The notes under the pieces were generated by a model. It was not told the DNA's origin, did not search any database, and worked only from the letters and a program-made list of their open reading frames with translations. From Eledone cirrhosa (Eukaryota), in the NCBI GenBank assembly GCA_964016885.1, contig OZ024742.1, positions 286,564,001 to 286,628,000 on the forward strand: a stretch of 64,000 nt of DNA, written 5' to 3'. Below, piece after piece: positions 57,976-64,000 of the stretch. A program made the position numbers and the translations under genes. Numbering within the stretch: position 1 is the first letter of the stretch; every line of letters starts with the position of its first letter.

Positions 57976-58207
57976 TAAAATAACAGATTAAAGTTTAAGC
58001 AAAGAATCGCTGCTTTCACCCTTAACGGGATCTTCTGAAACTAACAGAAACTTTCAGAAGATCCTGTTAAGCGTGAAAGCAGCGATTCTTTGCTTAAACT
58101 TTAATCTGTTATTTTAATAAATATTTGTTCTACGGTTCTTATATATTTGATATATATTTATCCTTATCGAGCCCTCTTTGGATTTTAGTCTTCAAATTTA
58201 TTATTAT

Positions 58208-58296
<89 letters not shown>

Positions 58297-58342
58297 TTTA
58301 TGTATATATATATATATATTTATGTATATATATATATATATG

Positions 58343-58464
<122 letters not shown>

Positions 58465-58469
58465 GAGAT

Positions 58470-58522
58470 GAGATTCTACAGGACTAGAACTGTTTCATTC
58501 ATTAGAAATCATCAGGAATCTC
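58470..58522 (-). ncRNA. Intact type I hammerhead motif (GUA site)
   Basis: GAGATTC-CTGATGA-TTTCTAATGAAT-GAAA-CAGTTCTAGTCCTG-TA-GAATCTC; perfect 7-bp stem I. Confidence 0.75.
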
Positions 58523-58641
58523 TAATGAATGAAACAGTTCTAGTCCTGTAGAATCTCATCTATATTAAAACTTTTATACTCTGCTATGTATTGAGTACCT
58601 TACCTACTGTGGTTACCTCCGATTCAACCCGGAATAACGTA

Positions 58642-58697
<56 letters not shown>

Positions 58698-58734
58698 TAT
58701 ATATATGCATATATATATATATATGCATATATGT

Positions 58735-59135
58735 AGGAAGTGAGTAATATTGTAGAACAATAAAACTATGCATATATCAGATAAGTACCACTCGATAGTT
58801 GGTAGAACTGGAGTATATATAAAGAAGAAATTAAAAGATGGTTAAAAAAGTTCCATATATTTTATTATGCGCATTTCGAAAACAACATCATCCTGGGACA
58901 AAAATTGTGTTCTCACCAGATAAAATAAGGTAACATGATATGAGGCCTAAAACAACTTGTGAACAAGAAAGTTGACTGGAAACTTTCTTGTTCACAAGTG
59001 TTTTTAGGCCTCATATCATGTTACCTTATTTTATCTGATGAGAACACAATTTTTGTCCGTGGATGATGTTGTTTTCGAAATGCGCTTAATAAAATATATT
59101 ATATTTTTTAACCATCTTTTTAATTTCTTCTTTAT
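58735..59135. mobile_element. H2-like fold-back element with opposed hammerheads
   Basis: ~155-bp arms around GACTGGA (~58974-58980); HHR on + at 59027-59096; same family as 31487-31710. Confidence 0.8.
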
Positions 59136-59240
59136 ATATGCATATATATATGCATATATATAAGCATGTATAAATATGCATATATATATATATATGCATA
59201 TATATGCATATATATGCATATATATATATATATATATATA

Positions 59241-60809
59241 GAAATTGGAATAAATGCTCTGAAATAGCGATATATATGTGAATATAGACATAGAATATTC
59301 GAAAATATTCTGTATGTTTATAATAAACATTTTGAAGACCTAATCGCTATAGAATAGAATACGTCACGTATTACAATTAGATTCTCGATAAAAGCAAGGG
59401 AAGTAATCTACGCGTTTCATTCTTGTTAGAAATCATCAGGACTACATATCCAGTGCTTTTATCGAGAATGACACAGCTAGAGACTTATAGAATACTTAGC
59501 TGTGTACAGGAACTGGTTTGAAAGAGCGGTTGCCGGTCCGGCAGAAATTAGAAATTGGAATAAATGCTCTGAAATAGCGATATATATGTGAATATAGACA
59601 TAGAATATTCGAAAATATTCTGTATGTTTATAATAAACATTTTGAAGACCTAATCGCTATAGAATAGAATACGTCACGTATTACAATTAGATTCTCGATA
59701 AAAGCAAGGGAAGTAATCTACGCGTTTCATTCTTGTTAGAAATCATCAGGACTACATATCCAGTGCTTTTATCGAGAATGACACAGCTAGAGACTTATAG
59801 AATACTTAGCTGTGTACAGGAACTGGTTTGAAAGAGCGGTTGCCGGTCCGGCAGAAATTAGAAATTGGAATAAATGCTCTGAAATAGCGATATATATGTG
59901 AATATAGACATAGAATATTCGAAAATATTCTGTATGTTTATAATAAACATTTTGAAGACCTAATCGCTATAGAATAGAATACGTCACGTATTACAATTAG
60001 ATTCTCGATAAAAGCAAGGGAAGTAATCTACGCGTTTCATTCTTGTTAGAAATCATCAGGACTACATATCCAGTGCTTTTATCGAGAATGACACAGCTAG
60101 AGACTTATAGAATACTTAGCTGTGTACAGGAACTGGTTTGAAAGAGCGGTTGCCGGTCCGGCAGAAATTAGAAATTGGAATAAATGCTCTGAAATAGCGA
60201 TATATATGTGAATATAGACATAGAATATTCGAAAATATTCTGTATGTTTATAATAAACATTTTGAAGACCTAATCGCTATAGAATAGAATACGTCACGTA
60301 TTACAATTAGATTCTCGATAAAAGCAAGGGAAGTAATCTACGCGTTTCATTCTTGTTAGAAATCATCAGGACTACATATCCAGTGCTTTTATCGAGAATG
60401 ACACAGCTAGAGACTTATAGAATACTTAGCTGTGTACAGGAACTGGTTTGAAAGAGCGGTTGCCGGTCCGGCAGAAATTAGAAATTGGAATAAATGCTCT
60501 GAAATAGCGATATATATGTGAATATAGACATAGAATATTCGAAAATATTCTGTATGTTTATAATAAACATTTTGAAGACCTAATCGCTATAGAATAGAAT
60601 ACGTCACGTATTACAATTAGATTCTCGATAAAAGCAAGGGAAGTAATCTACGCGTTTCATTCTTGTTAGAAATCATCAGGACTACATATCCAGTGCTTTT
60701 ATCGAGAATGACACAGCTAGAGACTTATAGAATACTTAGCTGTGTACAGGAACTGGTTTGAAAGAGCGGTTGCCGGTCCGGCAGAAATTAGAAATTGGAA
60801 TAAATGCTC
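59241..60809 (-). repeat. 310-bp tandem array (5 identical units plus 19 bp), one hammerhead per unit
   Basis: Unit starts at 59241, 59551, 59861, 60171, 60481, 60791; HHR on - at 59403-59445, 59713-59755, 60023-60065, 60333-60375, 60643-60685. Confidence 0.95.
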
Positions 60810-60812
60810 ATA

Positions 60813-61131
60813 ATGTCTATATTCACATATATATCGCTATTTCAGAGCATTTATTCCAATTTCTAATTTCTGCCGGACCGGCAACCGCTCTTTCAAACCA
60901 GTTCCTGTACACAGCTAAGTATTCTATAAGTCTCTAGCTGTGTCATTCTCGATAAAAGCACTGGATATGTAGTCCTGATGATTTCTAACAAGAATGAAAC
61001 GCGTAGATTACTTCCCTTGCTTTTATCGAGAATCTAATTGTAATACGTGACGTATTCTATTCTATAGCGATTAGGTCTTCAAAATGTTTATTATAAACAT
61101 ACAGAATATTTTCGAATATTCTATGTCTATA

Positions 61132-61135
<4 letters not shown>
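60813..61135 (+). repeat. Inverted ~1.04-unit copy of the 310-bp repeat
   Basis: Reverse complement of the array unit, ending in (TA)n. Confidence 0.95.
60945..61033 (+). ncRNA. Type I hammerhead ribozyme motif with extended stem I
   Basis: ATTCTCGATAAAAGCA-ctggatat-GTAGTC-CTGATGA-TTTCTAACAAGAAT-GAAA-CGCG-TA-GATTAC-ttccct-TGCTTTTATCGAGAAT; predicted cleavage after A61005. Confidence 0.82.
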
Positions 61136-61216
<81 letters not shown>

Positions 61217-61222
<6 letters not shown>

Positions 61223-61880
61223 TTTATCGTGAACTCGTGCGCCGATTTTTCGATACTCGATTATTCTACTATATTTAGCTCTAGACCTAGCTATTGACCA
61301 GTTAATTTTATTGTTCATTTTTTGTCGATTCTATTAAATGATGAATAGCTCCTGTTTATTTTAACATGTCTATTGAGCACTCTTATTCGATATGTGTATT
61401 TCCACATTTTCCCGAATATTTTTCGCGGATATAGAGGTTATCTCCCTTGCTGAATTCCATGTGCGTATTTAGCCTGGGTTATGCCTTTTCATTCGTTTGG
61501 ACAAAGCTCGTTGAGGAAGTAAACTCCCGTCCGCTGGCACCTAGAAGTCTTATATATTTTTATGTGAGCTGATAGAGGACAGTTTAAGGATTTACAGAAA
61601 CCCAAGAAGCTAGATTTACCATCTTTCTAGCGGGTCCGGGTATGCTTTTTACATTCATTTGATTTATTGATTTATTGATTTTTCTGAGTGTCCCGAATCT
61701 TCCAGATCGCAATTTTTCGGTCGTATGGTTGATTTTAGACATGTTCTATGTGTGACGGTATTTTAACGATAGTTATAGCTCTGATTTATCTGAATTATTG
61801 AGCCCTTTGCCGCTCATTTCGAATTTTGTTTATCGTGAACTCGTGCGCCGATTTTTCGATACTCGATTATTCTACTATAT
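61217..61880. mobile_element. 606-bp unit with a ~57-bp terminal direct repeat, in (TA)n
   Basis: ATTTTGTTTATCGTGAACTCGTGCGCCG.. at 61217 and 61823. Confidence 0.65.
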
Positions 61881-62169
61881 ATATATATATATATATATGC
61901 ATGTATAAATATGCATGTATATATATACACATACATACATATGCATTTCTCTCTCCCTTTCTCTTTCTCTCTCTCTCTCTCTCTGTTCCCATCTCTCTCT
62001 CTCTCCCTCTTTTAATACTTCATGCGTTTCAGTATAGTGTATTTTCTCTATCATCTATATATTCATTTCCACCCACAAACGTTTGAGTGATCTGGTTGCT
62101 ACTATTTTCTGTTGCTGTTGTGTGTTTGATGTTATTAGAGTTCACTTGCAATTTGTTTTATGCCAAGTC

Positions 62170-62410
62170 CTCTCGTCAAGTTCATTATCTTAATAAATCA
62201 CTTTCATGTTTGTAAACTGCAATAAAGCATATTTGAGGCCTTTTCAGCTGCTTCGCTGTAACAATTTTCATAAGATGTTGTTAGAGGTTTAAGGCTATAG
62301 CCTCTACCTCCTCCCCCTTTGCGTGTGAAATACAATTTATCTACATCTCCATTAATGTTGAAACTGTCGATAATTCTAACCAGTTTCTGACGTTTTACAT
62401 TCATTTGTTA
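62170..62410 (-). pseudogene. Fragment of an R4/Dong-like non-LTR retrotransposon (post-RT region)
   Basis: DVDKLYFTRKGGGGRG resembles the LY..R..GGRG motif. Confidence 0.5.
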
Positions 62411-62755
62411 AGTTATTACATTAAATTGTTCAGAAGGTCAAATATAGAAATTAAGATAAACACTGCAAATCTATTGTGAGCGGTGTATTTGATGCTATCG
62501 CCATTTTTTTTTCTTTTGTTACTCTCTTCAATATTCATATATTTATATATTCCCTATTTAGCCAAAGAGGGCTAACCCTTACCTTAACCCTAACCCTAAG
62601 CCCATAAATCTTTTCGGGGCCTCAGTGACGGGTGGGAGAGAAGAAGAAAAGTATCCTCAAACTGCTTTCAAGAAATTAGGCTCCACTGAATGGACTTAAG
62701 GGCAATGCCGCAGTATTAAACCGATTACTGGATTAAATCTACTACACTGAATGGA

Positions 62756-63045
62756 AGCGCGTGACCTAGTGGTAGGGATGTTGGACATGCGATCATAATG
62801 TTGTGTGTTCGATTCCTGGACTGGGTTGTGTGTTGTGTTCTTGAGAAAAACACTTCATTTTCACGTTGTTCCAGTATACTCAGCCGAAAATGAGTTCCAG
62901 CAATAGCTGAGGGTTTAAACCTGTGATGGATTGGTGTATTGTCCAGGGGGAGTCTTGTATTCTCAGTCGCTTCACGCAACGAAGACGGGGATAAGCACTG
63001 GCCTGATAACCCTCCGGAGTCGAGATAGGCTTTAGACTTTTTTCA
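62756..63045 (+). mobile_element. tRNA-derived SINE family E with a putative 10-bp TSD ACTGAATGGA
   Basis: TGACCTAGTGG A-box, GTTCGATTCC B-box; ACTGAATGGA at ~62746 and ~63049. Confidence 0.75.
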
Positions 63046-63097
63046 AAGACTGAATGGACTTAAAGGCAATGTGGCAGTGTTAAACTCTAACGATCTT

Positions 63098-63173
<76 letters not shown>

Positions 63174-63214
63174 GGTAGCAGTGGTAGTTCAGTCTCTAGT
63201 ATTTGGCCATTATT

Positions 63215-63440
63215 TGTGGTATTGGATTGACAGTATCGGCACAGCGTCGGACAACATGCTTTGTGGCATGTAGTTACGTCCCTTTACGGTCTGAGTTCAA
63301 ATCTCCCCCAGCTTAGCTTTGCCTTTCATTCTTACGGAGTCGATAAAATAAAGTGCCAGTAACGCACTTGGTTCGATTTAATCGACTTTCCCTTCCCCCC
63401 AAATTGTTGGCCTTGTGCCTATAGTAGAAACCAGTATTAT
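63215..63440 (+). mobile_element. SINE family A between (GTA)n/(GCA)n microsatellites (63100-63570)
   Basis: Head, GAGTTCAAATC, central domain, tail. Confidence 0.8.
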
Positions 63441-63506
63441 CATTGCAGCAGCAGCAGCAGCAGAGCAGCAGTAGTAGTAGTAATAGCAGCAGAGCAGCAG
63501 CAGCAA

Positions 63507-63566
<60 letters not shown>

Positions 63567-64000
63567 AGTAGTTCAGTCTCTAGTATTGACCATTAACTAT
63601 GTTTTTCCACGTTCCCTTTCTGAAAATATCGATGTATTTATATTTTTGTTTTATTTCATCTGTGTATCTCCCCTACTCACCTTCACCTCTCTCTCTATCT
63701 CTCTCTCTCTTTCTCTCTCTTTATCTCTCTCTATCTCTATCTCTATCTCTCTTTCATCCTCTCTGTCCTACGTATTTGTTGGTTTGTTGGTTGATCGGTC
63801 AGTTGGTTGGATCTCGCTCTAATCTCGTTCAAGTCTCGTCTGGTACACAATAGACCATTCAACGGAGTTATTATCAATAGCAGATGTCCATGACAACTCT
63901 CAAACACCAAACAAACAACAACAATATAACAACAGTGTCAACAATGACAACAATGGCGGTTGTAACTAACAACCACAACAACAACAATAATTATAATATG

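Noticed and set aside
59241-60809. 310-bp array as CRISPR, 5S rRNA, tRNA or snRNA cluster
   Set aside because: No spacers, Pol III boxes or recognisable structural RNA sequence; the HHR motif explains it better
62572-62603. Interstitial telomere (TAACCC)n
   Set aside because: Only 3-4 degenerate units; not informative

Overview
Eukaryotic, very repeat-rich window with no recognisable intact host gene. It is dense in (TA)n/(CA)n/(GA)n microsatellites and tRNA-derived SINEs. The repeat complement suggests an octopus or other cephalopod, which is an inference. Nearly all ORFs in the supplied track are microsatellite read-through. Real coding remnants are all retroelements: a Tx1/L1-type LINE (34.2-38.0 kb) and a second fragment (50.6-51.5 kb), a Neptune-type Penelope-like element (PLE; RT + GIY-YIG, 38.7-40.8 kb), two Naiad-type PLE fragments (30.6-31.2 and 32.2-33.0 kb), RTE fragments and an R4-like fragment. 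Non-autonomous Helitrons and mariner, hAT and piggyBac-type MITEs are also present. Bases 1075-4822 recur at 5023-8853 across a 200-N gap, probably an assembly artefact. The main discovery is a window-wide population of short non-coding elements inserted in (TA)n tracts that carry type I hammerhead ribozyme (HHR) motifs. About 20 intact or decayed motifs from several unrelated families were found by eye. They occur as fold-back hairpins, as terminally redundant monomers (337 and 540 bp; a 606-bp one has no visible HHR) and as a young, identical 5 x 310-bp tandem array with a terminal inverted copy (59241-61135). These look like retrozyme or PLE-pLTR derived, possibly circular-RNA, parasites. 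Many have an unusual N.N mismatch at the base of stem II, and several families share a 3' ACTC...GAGTACT motif. A 5'-clipped twister-like ribozyme lies in an RTE-derived element at 29.6 kb. All RNA structures were paired by eye, and no activity is demonstrated.
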